A stretch of 64,000 nucleotides of DNA from Eledone cirrhosa (lineage: Eukaryota), in contig OZ024741.1 of the NCBI GenBank assembly GCA_964016885.1, forward strand, positions 376,464,001-376,528,000. The letters are read 5' to 3'. Below, in pieces: positions 1-13,209 of the stretch. Positions within the stretch are counted from its first letter, which is position 1; every line of letters begins with the position of its first letter. Made by a program: the position numbers and the translations under genes. The notes beneath the pieces are model-generated. The model made no database searches. It was not told the origin of the DNA and saw only the letters and a program-made list of their open reading frames with translations.

Positions 1-2308
1 TTGTCACCGTAAATGTTATAGATCCGCCACAACCACACATATAATGTCTCAATGTGTGGTGCGTACTTCATCTGGAGAAATCAATCACACCAGGAAACCT
101 AAATAAAAATCAGATGGAAATATTCCATACTCGCTGCTCTTCAGTTTACACTGAATGTCTTCCTCACTTCACATGAAGTTACTTATAATTAGTATTTGAA
201 ACTAAACAATCTCTCAAAGTTATCAAATAGAATATACGTCATTAGAAGGCAAACATTTTCGGTTACTTGTAACGTTTTCCAGTTACTCGGGCCAACTCAA
301 AAGAGTGTTACTATCCTGAGCACAAAGTATTTATAGTCAGAGAACCATGGGCAATTAAACATGAGATTTAAAATTGTATAGAACATACACTACAAAATAC
401 GGTAGTAATATATTTGCTCTGAATCAAAATAATATACCTCGCGTATATGAGCAGACCATATCTTATATAATAAACCTCAGCAAACATATCGTTCTCTTTT
501 GGATGTTATAGCATTGTGTCACGTATTGTATTTACTTCGAGGTAATGAAATGGAATAATAAATAATGGCAACCCTCTGTGCGTTTAACTTTTCAAACATG
601 AATCATGCACGATGGTTCACAGTGGTGAGCTGGTGTCAGATATAACAAGGAAAAATGGTTACTGATCATACCTTGTCCGTCCTCCTTAATCACTTCTTCT
701 ATAGATTACATCTGCAGGGAATGTATTCAATTTCAGATAACTTTCCTTAACATATGGAATATATATCCATATAAAAAATTAGAAAATTACAGTTTCGTTT
801 CAACCGAAAATTTAGAGATTAATCCGTGAGGAAACACTTTAAATGAATATAAATGCATACTGAAAATAAATCCTAAATGTTTATCTTAGTTTTCAAGTTT
901 GTATGGGTCGGAGTGTACTTTATGAAGGCATTCTTAAAAATCATAGTATATTCTATTTCTGGATAATTTATAAACTGAAATAATTCAGCATCACCTATAC
1001 AGTGTCGCATGTAGTAAACTTTATGAAATGCCAGGTGTAGGATATAGTTAATGTGTCAGTTATTCTACCGAGGAAAATTCAACGTTTCCCTTGTTTAAGA
1101 GTAATGCAGGATATATGGTGTATTACTCTGTTGCCACAGTTGGCACATATCCCTGGCAATATTCTACTATAAAATAAAATATTGATTTTTAGGGTCTATG
1201 AACGACGAGAATGTAAAAACTGTCATCGTTTGCAAGACTGCTAATAAAAACGGTTCTTGTATAAATTAACTATCGTAATTATTTGTACGTAATCTTACTT
1301 AAAAGATGACGTTGGAGCGTCGGTTAAAATCGGATAAACTTCGTACTATATTTATTCAGGTTGTCTGCGCTCTGGCAAAGACACATGCCGGTGAATTGCC
1401 TTTCATGATTAAGGTGCATATAAATAGACTAGCAGGTAAGTACCGGGCTGGATTTTCCTCCCTTTCTATTCTCTCCCACCCTTCCTTCCATCTCACACCC
1501 TCTTTCTTCTTATTTCTCTCACCCCCTCAGATTTTTGCTCACTTTCTCTCTTGCTATGATAACGATCCTTGCAGACCACCCGTAGACTTCAGTACTAATC
1601 TATAATTTACTTTCCATTTAGTTTATAACATATACCAGAAAACATTTATTCTTCCTATAACTATAAATTGGACAAACGTACAAAAAAAAGAAAGCAGTAT
1701 TGAAGAGGATTATGAATGCCATAAATAAGAGAAAAGGGAGGAAAAGAGAAAGGACTATTAAGCAAAGAAAAAATGTAAGGGAGGGGATATACTCTACACC
1801 AAGGCATTGCTAAAAATATTGTACATTATGCATAGATACATGCATTTTGCCCCCATGTACGATATAATCAATGGCTACAAGTTATTTTTTTATTATATAT
1901 GTGTATGGAACTGTTGTGATATTGATGTGAGTAATCAAACCGTAATTGTTTGGAAGTTGGTAAAATTATATTTATATTATAAATTGATCCTTTTCATCAC
2001 AAAATGTTTTTATGAGATTTTTCAAACATTGCGTCATTATACATATATTTTATATCATCATTACACCATAAGTCCCACATGGTATATTGACTACACTACA
2101 ATACTTATATATAAATATATTATAGATTATAAAATTATTTCGACTAGATACTTTTGTTAGATTCTCATTCTATCGTTTTATGTCAATCAGAATATCTCTT
2201 TGACAAATGTAACCTAAAGGATGTTAGAAATACACACACACACGCGCACGCTCCCCCCCCACATATATATATATACACACATACACACATACAAACACAC
2301 ACACACAT

Positions 2309-2344
<36 letters not shown>

Positions 2345-2541
2345 TTATTTATGTGTGTGTGTGTGTTTGTGTGTCTGTGTGTCTGTGTCAATAATAATCT
2401 TTTTCCATTTCTTAGAGGGTTCTAAAATGTCTTAAGTCAGAATATACGGCGAAAGCTTCTATTTCTAATTTCAAAACTCACTCGGTGTTTCAAAAACTTA
2501 TTTACTTGTCAATATATATACACATATATTTTTAGCATTCT

Positions 2542-2579
<38 letters not shown>

Positions 2580-2658
2580 GATTATTTATCTAGTTAATTT
2601 CTACGGACTAAGGAGGAAAAGAATTTGATATATTTTGTCTGACTGTTGTTCAAACTTA

Positions 2659-2737
<79 letters not shown>

Positions 2738-2740
<3 letters not shown>

Positions 2741-3816
2741 GTTTTTATACATATTTACCTCGGCTGCAGTTGTCTGTTTCTCTCTTTCTCTCTTACTGCT
2801 CCCCCGTTCTCTATGTTTCTCTCACCTCCTTTCGCCCCCTCTGTCAGTTACACTTTCTCTCGACTGATCTCTTCCTCGCATTTCCACTGACTCACTCTCT
2901 GTTTCTCCCCTTCTTACTTCCTCCCGTTTCGTTTGTAGTGGGGTCCTTTCTTGCTCACATCTCACTCACGTCGGACGGTCTGTATTCTGAGTGCTCATGA
3001 AATTCACCCAGATTATGCTGACCGGATAACCATGTTGCTTGTTTGTTTTCCTATCTTCGGTTTGCTTTTATCCTTCTATATTGTTTACTTGTCTCACTCG
3101 CTTTACGCGATTCACTTGTCCCAATAGCTTTTTTTAGTTATTGCTCGCATCAACCTGAGGTATATGATTTTTAATGCGATGAAATACCAATGATGGTTGG
3201 CAAATCACTGACGAGGGACTAATTTTATAATATGTAACCCATGTGCAACCACGCAGTATTCCTCTTTCTTCTCATGTTTTTTATACATATTTACCTCGGC
3301 TGCGTTTGTCTGTTTCTCTCTTTCTCTCTTACTGCTCCCCCGTTCTCTCTGTTTCTCTCACCTTCTTTAGCCCCCTCTGTCAGTTACACTTTCTCTCGAC
3401 TGACTTCTTCCTCGCACTTCCACTCACTCACTCTCTGTTTCTCCCCTTTTCACTTCCTCCCGTTTCGTTAGTAGTGAGGTCCTTTCTTGCTCACATCTCA
3501 CTCACGTCGGTCGGTCTGTATGCTGATCGCTCTGTGAAATTCACCCAGCTTATGCTGACCGGACAACCATGTTGCTTGTTTTTTTTTCCTATCTTCGGTT
3601 TGCTTTTATCCTTCTATGTTGTTTACTTGTCTCACTCGCTTTACGCGATCACTTGTCGCAATAGCTTTTTTTAATTATTGCTCGCACCAACCTGAGGTAT
3701 ATGATTTTTAATGCGATGAAATACCAATGATGGTTGGCAAATCACTGACGAGGGACTAATTTTATAATATGTAACCCATGTGCAACCACGCAGTATTCCT
3801 CTTTCTTCTCATGTTT

Positions 3817-3818
<2 letters not shown>
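2738..3818 (+). repeat. Tandem duplication of a ~537-bp unit, TA-flanked; a partial inverted copy lies at ~29110-29481
   Basis: ATGTGCAACCACGCAGTATTCC recurs at 3241 and 3778. The reverse complement is at 29112-29481. The block is bounded by (TA)n on both sides. Confidence 0.9.
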
Positions 3819-3873
<55 letters not shown>

Positions 3874-3911
3874 ACCCTTTTTACATAATCAACACTCATT
3901 TTATTCTATCT

Positions 3912-4465
3912 TATTTTATTTTACACTCATATTATTCACTTATTGACTTCATAATTTCCTGAACACTATCTCTTATTTTTACCACCCTGGCCCTTTACCA
4001 CATAATTCCAACACTTTTATTTTATATTACACCTAGTTTGTCCATTTCTTCATTTACTTTTACCTTGAACACTCTCTATTATTTTAACCACGAGGTTAAC
4101 TTTGCCTTTTATCTTTACGTGGTCGATAGAATAAAGTACCAATTATACACTGGGGTAATAGCTGGCCTTGTGCCAAAAGTAGAAACAATCATTTTAACAC
4201 GGACTTTCTCTCTTATTTTAAACACCCCGAACTTTTTTAGATATTCAACACTTATTTTATTTTATAATTATTTTACACTTGTATTATTCACTTATTGACT
4301 TCATATTTTCCTGAACATTCTCTCTTATTTTAACCACCCTGGGCCTTTATCACATACTTTCAAGAACAACATATTTTGGCAGCTCTGTTCTATACATTGA
4401 TCACTCGTTTTTCCTTTGCTTTCTCTTCAGAATTACCTAACACATATTTATATATAGACACACAT

Positions 4466-4549
<84 letters not shown>

Positions 4550-5022
4550 ATGTATATATGTTTATATATATATATATGTATGCGCGTATGTGTATATATA
4601 TATATATGTATTTATGTGTGTGGTCATCTCTGCTTGTTAATTTGTATATTTTTGTGTGTATTTTTGCATGCTTCAATATGCTCATACTTCTACTGGACAC
4701 ATACACGCATGTATCTATATGTAGTTTTGCGTATGTGATTGTATTCATGTATAAGTCTATCATTATGTGTGTGACGTTTACCCAAGTGTATTATTGGTAC
4801 TTTATTCTATCGACCCTGTAAATATGAAAGGCATAGTTAACCTCGTGGTTAAAATAATAGAGAGTGTTCAAGGTAAAAGTAAATGAAGAAATGGATAAAC
4901 TAGGTGTAATATAAAATAAAAGTGTTGGAATTGTGTGGTAAAGGGCCAGGGTGGTAAAATAAGAGATAGTGTTCAGGAAATTATGAAGTCAATAAGTGAA
5001 TAATATGAGTGTAAAATAAAAT
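3912..5022. repeat. Inverted repeat, arms ~3912-4156 and ~4779-5022
   Basis: The arms are reverse complements by eye and include the SINE segment. Confidence 0.85.
4091..4190 (+). mobile_element. 5'-truncated SINE copy
   Basis: GAGGTTAACTTTGCCTTT...GGTCGATA.AATAAAGTACC...CTGGCCTTGTGCCAAAAGTAGAAACAAT is shared with the full copy at 22518-22700. Confidence 0.85.
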
Positions 5023-6343
5023 ATAATTGTATTCATTTCAAAGTTTATTTATTTACACACGGTGGTGGTCTTATTTTCTAAGTTTTCATTTGTAATGTAC
5101 ATCTAAGTATTGAGCAATATAATTTCCTTGTGATGAAAGAATGGTACTTACCTAATGTATTGGTACACGATGGGGCCCACCCACAGCCCCGGCAGACAGA
5201 ATGGAGAAGGTGTTTCCCCGGGGGACGGCAAGGGAGACGCGCTGGAAAAGCCACTCAAATTCGCGGCCTCACACCTATGGCTGGCCAGCTCAGCGCCGAT
5301 GGTGGTGAGTAAGGAGGTAGCCCTGGGGCCGAGGACACCAGAAGTTTCCACTGCCACGGGAACGACCGCAAACCTGTCGGAGAGCGACCGGTATTTGAGG
5401 AGTTTGGCCCCCTCAGCCCGAGCTGCAGCAGAACCTGGGTCAGTCGCAGACTGCACCAGGTTGCAGAAAGTGTCGGTGCAAGTGGCATCCCAGACGAGGG
5501 GTTTGCCACCGTGGAACGGGAAGATGGTAATGCCGTCTGGCCTTTTACCGTCCCCTCGATCCATCCCCACCGGCTCGATCTGGGAAGGGAAGCCTGCAGC
5601 GTCGAAGCCACGCTTAATGACCTCGTTGAGGGCAGTATGGCGTGGAATGCGGCCGGCACTGTGGCGACAGAAAAGCGGGTGGAGTCCGAAAGAGTCCACG
5701 GTGGAACCGCAGTGACACTGGTGTGGCTGGCAGATCCGGAGGCCGAGCCTCAGGCAAACGCCGATTCGCAGGCTATGGTTGTCTAGCTGCGTGCCAGTGG
5801 AGAAGGAGGGCAGAGCATGGAGCCAGGCAGCACTGTGGGGTTTGGAGGCCGCACGAAAACAAGCATGGCGGTGCTGGTCGAGCTGGCGCGAGAGCCTGTC
5901 TGAGGCCAGGCTGCACTGGATGGCATCCCAAGTGCGTTGGGGGGACTTGACGTCAACAGGGGGAGAAGGAGGAGGGACGTCTACTGGGCTAAGTCCCAGC
6001 CGGTCCAACGTCTCACAGGCGGCCTCACGTTCTCTGAACACAGAGGATTCTGTTGTGTTTTGAAGAACCCTGCTGACGAGGTTACCGACGAAAGATACGC
6101 CGGCAAAGCTAGTGAGATCGGGGACCGGGGGCCTAGGCCGCCATATCTGACCGGTAGAGGGGCCTGTTGCCACCCTATGTCGTCAAACCTGACGTTGCAT
6201 ATCCCCTCGGCTGCTGCTCGGATACAAGTATCGAGGTCAGCGAGGAGAGATGTCTGGGTGTAGCATGGAGCGCTGCGGAGTGTATAGAGGAGCTTCGGCA
6301 TGGCGAAGCAAGTCCTCAGCAGAAAGAGAGCTGGGTGGCATAC
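5023..6343 (-). mobile_element. 5'-truncated RLE-type non-LTR retrotransposon (CRE-like), frameshifted
   Basis: Minus-strand ORFs 5981-6382 and 5148-6173 give WQQAPLPVRYGGLG (RT thumb), a CHCG...HPLFC...RH zinc knuckle and the GKRPDG...LVWDAT restriction-like endonuclease motif. The segment is a GC-rich island. The clade call is from motif memory. Confidence 0.8.
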
Positions 6344-6361
6344 GTCTATCATTATGTGTGT

Positions 6362-6457
6362 GAGGTTAACTTTGCCTTTCATTCTTACGGGGTCGATAAA
6401 AAAAGTACCAGTAATGCACTGGGTAATTTCTGGCCTTGTGCCAAAAGTATAAACAAT
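6362..6457 (+). mobile_element. 5'-truncated SINE with a 13-bp target-site duplication
   Basis: The SINE core is flanked by ATTATGTGTGTGA at 6351-6363 and 6456-6468. Confidence 0.85.
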
Positions 6458-6606
6458 TATGTGTGTGACGTTTTCGTATCATTTTGTCCGACCGCTTATC
6501 TATATTTTTATTTTTTATTTTCTTATTTTATTTTATTTTTTACCTTGTATTTGTATATGTATATGTCTGCAGACTAGTGTGTTAAGACACTTCTATCTAT
6601 GCCATG

Positions 6607-6663
<57 letters not shown>

Positions 6664-6774
6664 TAAATCATGTCCTTAGAATTATTAGATAAAATATATA
6701 CCATTTCCTCTACCAACCATACACAATTAGGTGTAAATTTAAACTTAGAAGAAACGTGTACATACCGTAATTAC

Positions 6775-6854
6775 ATCTCTACCATGGTTTCGTCCGTATT
6801 TTTAGATATCCTACTGTTAAGGATAAACCTAGAGTAACAGACTCATCTGGAGAC
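6775..6854 (-). ncRNA. Type I hammerhead-like motif (U4A variant)
   Basis: Minus strand reads GTCTC CAGATGA GTCTGT...ACGGAC GAAAC CATG GTA GAGAT, giving stems I and II and a palindromic stem III loop. Confidence 0.65.
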
Positions 6855-7169
6855 AAACGCTGTTGGACAGTTAATTTTTCCAAAGCGATCGCGCCAAAAT
6901 GGTAGAGATGTAATTACAGTATGTACACGTTTCTTCTAAGTTTAAATTTACACCTTATTGTGTATGGTTGACGCTATATTTAGTCGGTTTCTACATGCTG
7001 TTGAAATGTTGGGTAAATACTCTATAGGGGTCACCGCGAAGAGGCCGTTTTCGGTTATTTATCAAATATTTCTTCATATGAGCCTTTATTCTTATAGCAT
7101 GGTCTAATTGATTTTTTATATGGTTAATTATGCTAATTGGGAGAGGAAATGGTATATATTTTATCTAAT

Positions 7170-7271
7170 AAGGGCATCCAGCTGTAGAAATCAAGCCATA
7201 ATCAGTTCCCGTCCCACCCTTGCAAGCAGGGAGAAAGCGGACGTAAAATGAAATGAAAATGATGAAAATGA
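7170..7271 (+). mobile_element. 3' fragment of a second SINE/LINE-tail family
   Basis: AAGGGCATCCAGCTGTAGAAA...GCGGACGTAAAATGA followed by an ATGA-rich tail. The family is recalled from cephalopod repeats. Confidence 0.5.
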
Positions 7272-7463
7272 TATATATATATATATATATGTTATCCAAA
7301 ATGTTAACAAATGAAAAATATTCACATAATCAAAATATATACTTTATTATACATATATCAAAGGTACTATGTTGTTTAAGTACGTTTTCATCAGACAAAA
7401 TATATGATTTGATATATGACATACCACTACGGTCTTGATTATTCAATGTCATATATCAAATCA

Positions 7464-7530
7464 TATATTTTGTCTGATGAAAACCTACTTAAACAAAATA
7501 GTACCATTGAAATATGTATAATGAAGTATA
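7464..7530 (+). ncRNA. Type I hammerhead-like motif in a fold-back element (arms ~7292-7412 and ~7447-7576)
   Basis: TATATTTTGT CTGATGA ... GAAA T ATGT A TA ATGAAGTATA. Same family as 35263-35329 and 50562-50622. Stem II is degenerate in this copy. Confidence 0.55.
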
Positions 7531-7669
7531 TATTTTGATTATGTGAATATTTTTCATTTATTAACATTTTGAATAATATTAAAAACTCCAGGAAAACCAC
7601 TGTTGAGTGCTTCTAATCTATTGTAAAACTGTATTCGTTGAGTAATCAATGAACCATACTAATCTTTGG

Positions 7670-7752
<83 letters not shown>

Positions 7753-7776
7753 TACACAGTATATATATATATATAT

Positions 7777-7859
<83 letters not shown>

Positions 7860-8324
7860 AAATTGAAAAAGTGGTGAATAACATGGTCAACAGTACAAAA
7901 AGGGGAATTTATTTGGAGTCTAACAATTGTTTTAATGAACACTAAAAACAGCGCCACTCAATTTTAAATATAAATGTTAACTCTACTAGAACATCGGAAA
8001 CTGTTAAAAAAAATATATATGTAACCGGCAAATGTCAACTGATTCAAGCAACGCCGTACGCTAAAACTATCCATAATAAGAAGTATTCACATCCGCTAAT
8101 TGGATATCCTATAACGATATTTTTTTATCCTTTATACATATATATATATATATGTGTGTGTGTGTGGTGCATGCATGTATGTGTATATGTGTGTGTGAAT
8201 GTGTATAGGTGTGTATGTATATACATGCGTACATATCTATATACATATATATACATACATATGCCCCTAGGCTCTGATACCATCAACACCATAAATACAC
8301 CACTGGCATATTAAGAACTGACTA

Positions 8325-8380
8325 ACTGTCTGATGAGCTCTTAGCCATTCAATGGCTATCATCGAAATATATATAGCAGT
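8325..8380 (+). ncRNA. Type I minimal hammerhead ribozyme motif
   Basis: ACTGT CTGATGA G...TAGCCATTCAATGGCTA...C GAAA T ATAT A TA GCAGT. Confidence 0.7.
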
Positions 8381-8426
8381 AAATAAAGGATTATTATTTC
8401 ATGCAATTGACTTATGTTTCGTCACC

Positions 8427-8548
<122 letters not shown>

Positions 8549-8649
8549 TATATACATATATTTCAACTGATTCAGAAGATCCCGTTAAGGGTGAAAGCAG
8601 CGATTCTTTGCTTAAACTTTAATCTGTTATTTTAATAAATATATATATG

Positions 8650-8680
<31 letters not shown>

Positions 8681-8730
8681 GTACGTATATATGTAAAATG
8701 GAAAACGAATGCATAGGAACACAATTTATT

Positions 8731-8823
8731 ACATATTACAATTGTTTCTCCGGTGAACAGCTCGAGGTGCAATCTGTTTGTGGATCGAACTTGACTCTGG
8801 ATTCGCAAGTTCCTCAGATGCGT
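8731..8823 (-). ncRNA. Hammerhead-like motif with enlarged stem II
   Basis: Minus strand reads ACGCAT CTGAGGA [~65 nt] GAAAC AATT GTA ATATGT. A related degenerate copy lies at 23077-23165 (+). Confidence 0.5.
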
Positions 8824-8909
8824 CTTGTGATTTCGAAGCAAATTCTCTTTCTACTGGGCTCCTTCCCTTCGAATGTTTAACATCTGCCTTCATCATGTTT
8901 GGGCGGCAA

Positions 8910-9140
8910 TTACATTAGTTGGTAGTTCGTGATGCCACTGAAATCTGCCCACTGGCCATCTCCATTCAGGTGTGAGCAGTCTCTCACCCCATTTCCATCG
9001 GCAGGATTACTGCTGAGTGTAGTAGATTTTCTTTGAATTCCCGTGCCAATCCCTAGTTTGCCTGCCTCCCCATACGCACATGGGCTCACACCCATATAGA
9101 GGCATTCAGAGCCATTAATCGTACCCTCATCTGTGTCGAC
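8910..9140 (-). pseudogene. Possible degenerate C-type-lectin-like exon remnant
   Basis: The minus-strand translation SNPADGNGVRDCSHLNGDGQWADFS, plus WHGNSKKIYYTQ in another frame, resembles CTLD motif spacing. Cysteines are missing and frameshifts are required. Confidence 0.25.
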
Positions 9141-9201
9141 CTACACACACACACACACACACACACATAGAGCTTGCGTGTTTGCGTTCACACGTGTACA
9201 T

Positions 9202-9254
<53 letters not shown>

Positions 9255-9295
9255 CGAAACATAAGTCAATTGCATTAACTCATAATCCCTTATTT

Positions 9296-9351
9296 ACTGC
9301 TATATATATTTCGATGATAGCCATTGAATGGCTTTGACCTCATCAGGCAGT
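9296..9351 (-). ncRNA. Type I minimal hammerhead motif (inverted copy of the 8325-8380 family)
   Basis: Minus strand reads ACTGC CTGATGA GG...C GAAA T ATAT A TA GCAGT with a perfect 5-bp stem I. Confidence 0.7.
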
Positions 9352-10094
9352 TAATCAGTTCTTATATATGCCAGCTCTGTGTTTTTGGTGTTGATGGTTT
9401 CAGAGCCTTGGGACATATGAGCTTGTTAGGGGTAATTTAATGTAGTCAGCAGGAATAATCTTAATTGTCATTGGTCAGTTTCTAGATGCTAGTCGTGTTG
9501 GTATTTGACCTCAAAGAGGCAGGTGGTGTTGTAAAGTTCAAACCGTCAGGCAAGATGACAATAGTTCCATATGACTGATTTTCACAAAAAGCATTCCTGG
9601 TCAGATATATATTCAATTGAGGTTTATAGTATGAATTTCGATACTACAGGTCATTCTTAAATTGAGGAATTTATGTGGTACTACTGAAAATTATGGTTAG
9701 AGTCAATTGAATGTTTACATATAAAAAGACTTATGTTGGTTGACTTGCACATACAGTCACACCCACACCCACATGCACACACACATCCACACTTACAAAT
9801 TGAGGAATTTATGTGGGGTGGTAATACTGAAAATTATGTTTAGAGTCAAAAACTTAGAAAGTTTACAAATAAAAAGACTTATGTTGGTTGACTTGTACAT
9901 ACACTCACACCTACCCCCACAGATACACACACACATCTACACACACAAATCCATACAGGTGTGTATATATATGTATGTACGCACAAGTGCATATATATAT
10001 ATACAACAGAGGCCCCCAAATATAAGTTTATGGCAGACATAAAACGAGGTGGGTGTTATTTTTAAAGAAAAGTAAGGTGGGTGTTTGGAAGGCA

Positions 10095-10891
10095 ACATCC
10101 ACACTTCTTCTATAAAAAGGCCGCCAGCAGGGACCTGTTCGTACATTTAAGATCGGCCCTCCCAGCCAGCGCTAAGTTCGGATACATAAGGAACGAACTG
10201 ACACGTATCCGGAACAAATGCACCGACGCTAGAGACCGAGACATACACACCACACATTTCCTGGAAGTACTCAAATTGAACGGATTCACGACATCCACCA
10301 CAAACCGTGCCAGAAAGACAGAGGACACCACACCCGAGGCACTAACACTTGCTTCCTGAAGCTCCCACACTTCAGTGACGAAACAACAACAGCCATCCGC
10401 AGCGCTATCAGACGAGAGGGACTAGATATCCAATTGGCTCACTCAGGTCCTTCTCTGCGCGGACAGCTAACCAAATGACACTCCACCAGACATGACAACC
10501 GCTGCAGGCTACCCAACTGCCCCATCAACGACACAGACCTATGCCACCAGGCTTACGTCGTATACAGACTAGAGTGCGACAAATGCAGCAACTTTTACGT
10601 AGGTAGCACCACCAGACCACTCCACATAAGAATAAAAGAACACCTCAATACTAACGCTTCCTCATTTAAGAAACACCTAGTTAAATGCAAAATCACCGAC
10701 AAAACCATAACAGTTAGGATAGAAACTAAGGAAAGAAACCTAGGTAATCTTAGAATTAAGGAAGCACTAATTATAGACAAAACACGACCACCAATCAATA
10801 ATAGATTAGAACTCAACACACAATTTATAACTTGATAGAGCATCTAGCCCCATATGTACACCCCCCTCCCACACACGGGCGCACACAGACG

Positions 10892-10973
<82 letters not shown>

Positions 10974-11400
10974 TACACCTCCACTTATTCTCTCTCATAC
11001 ACACACATACACACACAAAGACCAGTTGTAACACGAGATAACACTATCCGCCACATTTACGTATATACATATCTTCTCACATTCACACACACACACACAC
11101 ACACACATACTTACACCTCACACATTCTCCCACACACTTAAACAGGCATGTACAAAAAAAACATTTTAAAGGGAGACTACTCTTTATTCACCTAACCTTA
11201 ACTATTTGGCATTAGAGATAAAACAGATACTCTATACCAATTTCTGTCAGCATGAATTGGCAAGCTATTTAGGAAACTGGTTTAACCGCTTTACTTCCCT
11301 CCGAAGAAGAGATATTATCTCGAAAATTAAGGACATTTAAATAAATCTAAGGTAAAGACTAATTGTCAACAATATCTTTTGCATTTGCATTGTTTATTCT
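10095..11400 (+). mobile_element. 5'-truncated Penelope-like element (RT C-terminus + GIY-YIG), disrupted
   Basis: FYKKAASRDLFVH...SALP thumb region. A GIY-YIG motif YVVYRLECDKCSNFYVGSTTRPLHIRIKEH lies at ~10553-10645. A hammerhead-like motif sits in the 3' UTR. Confidence 0.85.
11298..11332 (+). ncRNA. Extremely minimal hammerhead-like motif at a Penelope 3' end
   Basis: CCT CCGAAGA AGAGA TATTA TCTC GAAA AT TA AGG. Stem III is reduced to an AATT palindrome. Confidence 0.45.
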
Positions 11401-11436
11401 ATGTCCATACCTGCATTGATTTGGCTTTATTATACA

Positions 11437-11916
11437 CTAGCAGTAAAGCCCGGCGTTGCTCGGGGTCGCTCAGTAGCTGTGTTAAAGTTACAATGTTAAG
11501 TTTCTTTTTTGGCTTAAAAACTGTAGTGTCTACTCTGCAGACTTGCATGTGGTGTTTTTGATTAATATTCCCTCAAACAACAATATGCCTTATGAAGTTA
11601 AGAAAACATAACGATAACCCGAATGTTATAACAAAAGAGGATGCTGGGGATAAAAACTGCACTGGTTATTTATTAACAAAGATCGAAAATGTAAACACTG
11701 CAACGCAGATAAAAACATTAGCGTAACCAAATTATCAGTTATGTCTGTCTGCACGCCTATATCACCTCTCTGCACGACTGTCTGTCTGCACGCCTATATC
11801 ACCTCTCTGCACGACTGTCTGTCTGCACGCCTAACGACGAAATATTTGCTTGTTTTACGTAGTCTTTAAATAGACTTGTTCACTCTCTAATTAAATAGCT
11901 CTATTCTATACATAGA
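11437..11916 (-). mobile_element. Non-autonomous Helitron-like element (5' end approximate)
   Basis: Minus-strand 3' end CTAG|T at 11437-11440 with a subterminal hairpin (CCCGGCGTTGCTCGGG), similar to the end of 33090-34019. An internal 36-bp tandem repeat lies at ~11742-11833. Confidence 0.6.
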
Positions 11917-12082
11917 ATAATCTCTTTTCCTTTGCTTATCCTTCGAAATTACCTAACACACACACACACACATACACACATATATATATAATTATATATA
12001 TATGTGTTTGTGTGTGTATGTGTATATATAAACATAAATACATACATATATACAAACCTAACAAACCAAGAAACCTAAATAA

Positions 12083-12159
<77 letters not shown>

Positions 12160-12163
<4 letters not shown>

Positions 12164-12465
12164 GAATACACAAGTATCAAAGTTATGTTTAAAACATTTA
12201 ATCGCTGACAATTGTTTCTTCCAAACTTAGGCTTGGGGTCCTCGGAGCATTATCAATGTTTGTACATATAATTAACCTCCTATTCAACTGAAAAATCATA
12301 CATATGTATCTGTATATGTATCTGTATGATTCTTCAGTTGAATAGGAGGTTAATTATATGTACAAACATTGATAATGCTCCGAGGACCCGAAGCCTAAGT
12401 TTGGAAGAAACAATTGTCAGCGATTAAATGTTATAAACATAACTTTGATACTTGTGTATTCTATA
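12160..12465. repeat. Fold-back inverted repeat (arms ~12160-12303 and ~12325-12465), each arm with a hammerhead-like motif
   Basis: The plus arm reads GCT CCGAGGA CCCGAAGCCTAAGTTTGGAA GAAAC AATT GTC AGC. A related copy lies at ~55050-55105 (-). Confidence 0.75.
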
Positions 12466-12603
12466 TTACTGCTCTGTAAAACAACTGATGTTCTTACATT
12501 GAGCTATTTCCCTTACTGGTAATAAGGTAGTAATAAATTACTGATCTTCCTTGTTTAAAGTTGTTTATAGTATAGTATATGAATACATAACTATAAATAG
12601 TAT

Positions 12604-12692
12604 CTTGCCTTTCTTCCTTACGGGGTCGATAAAATAAAGTACCAGTAATGCACTGGGTAATTGCTGGCCTTGTACCTAAAGTAGAAACAATT
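12604..12692 (+). mobile_element. 5'-truncated SINE copy
   Basis: Matches the 3' half of the SINE at 22518-22700. Confidence 0.8.
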
Positions 12693-13030
12693 ATATATAT
12701 ATATATATGTATGTATGGACGTTTGTATGTGGGTGGGTATGTGTGTATGTGTGCGCATGTGTGTCTAAATGAACATATAAAAGTAGAAGTTCAATCGGAA
12801 ATATTACACCAAAATTACATTTGGAGCAAAATATGAATGAGAATATTTATCATATAAGGCATGCCTATTCCGATATTAAATCTCACAGGAAATAGATTGT
12901 AATGATGCTAATTTGAAATATATTAACCTTATATGTTCGATTTGCTATTTCGATTTGCTTTATGAAAGCATATGCTGCTAAAAGTACTTTTGGGCTCTCC
13001 CAAGTCGACAATATATAATGTATATTATTG

Positions 13031-13209
13031 TGGATTGCCAGTAGCGGTAGAGGGTCGGACGCCATGCATTGACGAATAGAGTTACGGCCCTTGCCATTCT
13101 GAGTTCAAATCCCGCCGAGGTTAACTTTGCCTTTCATCCTTACGGGGTCGATAAATAAAATAAAGTACCAGTGATTGCTGGTCTTGTGCCAAAAGTAGAA
13201 ACAATTATT
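13031..13209 (+). mobile_element. Near full-length tRNA-derived SINE
   Basis: B box GAGTTCAAATCC, the family core and the GTAGAAACAATTATTA tail. Confidence 0.85.

Noticed and set aside
5155-6263. Several plus-strand ORFs over the GC-rich island
   Set aside because: They are antisense shadows of the minus-strand LINE ORF.
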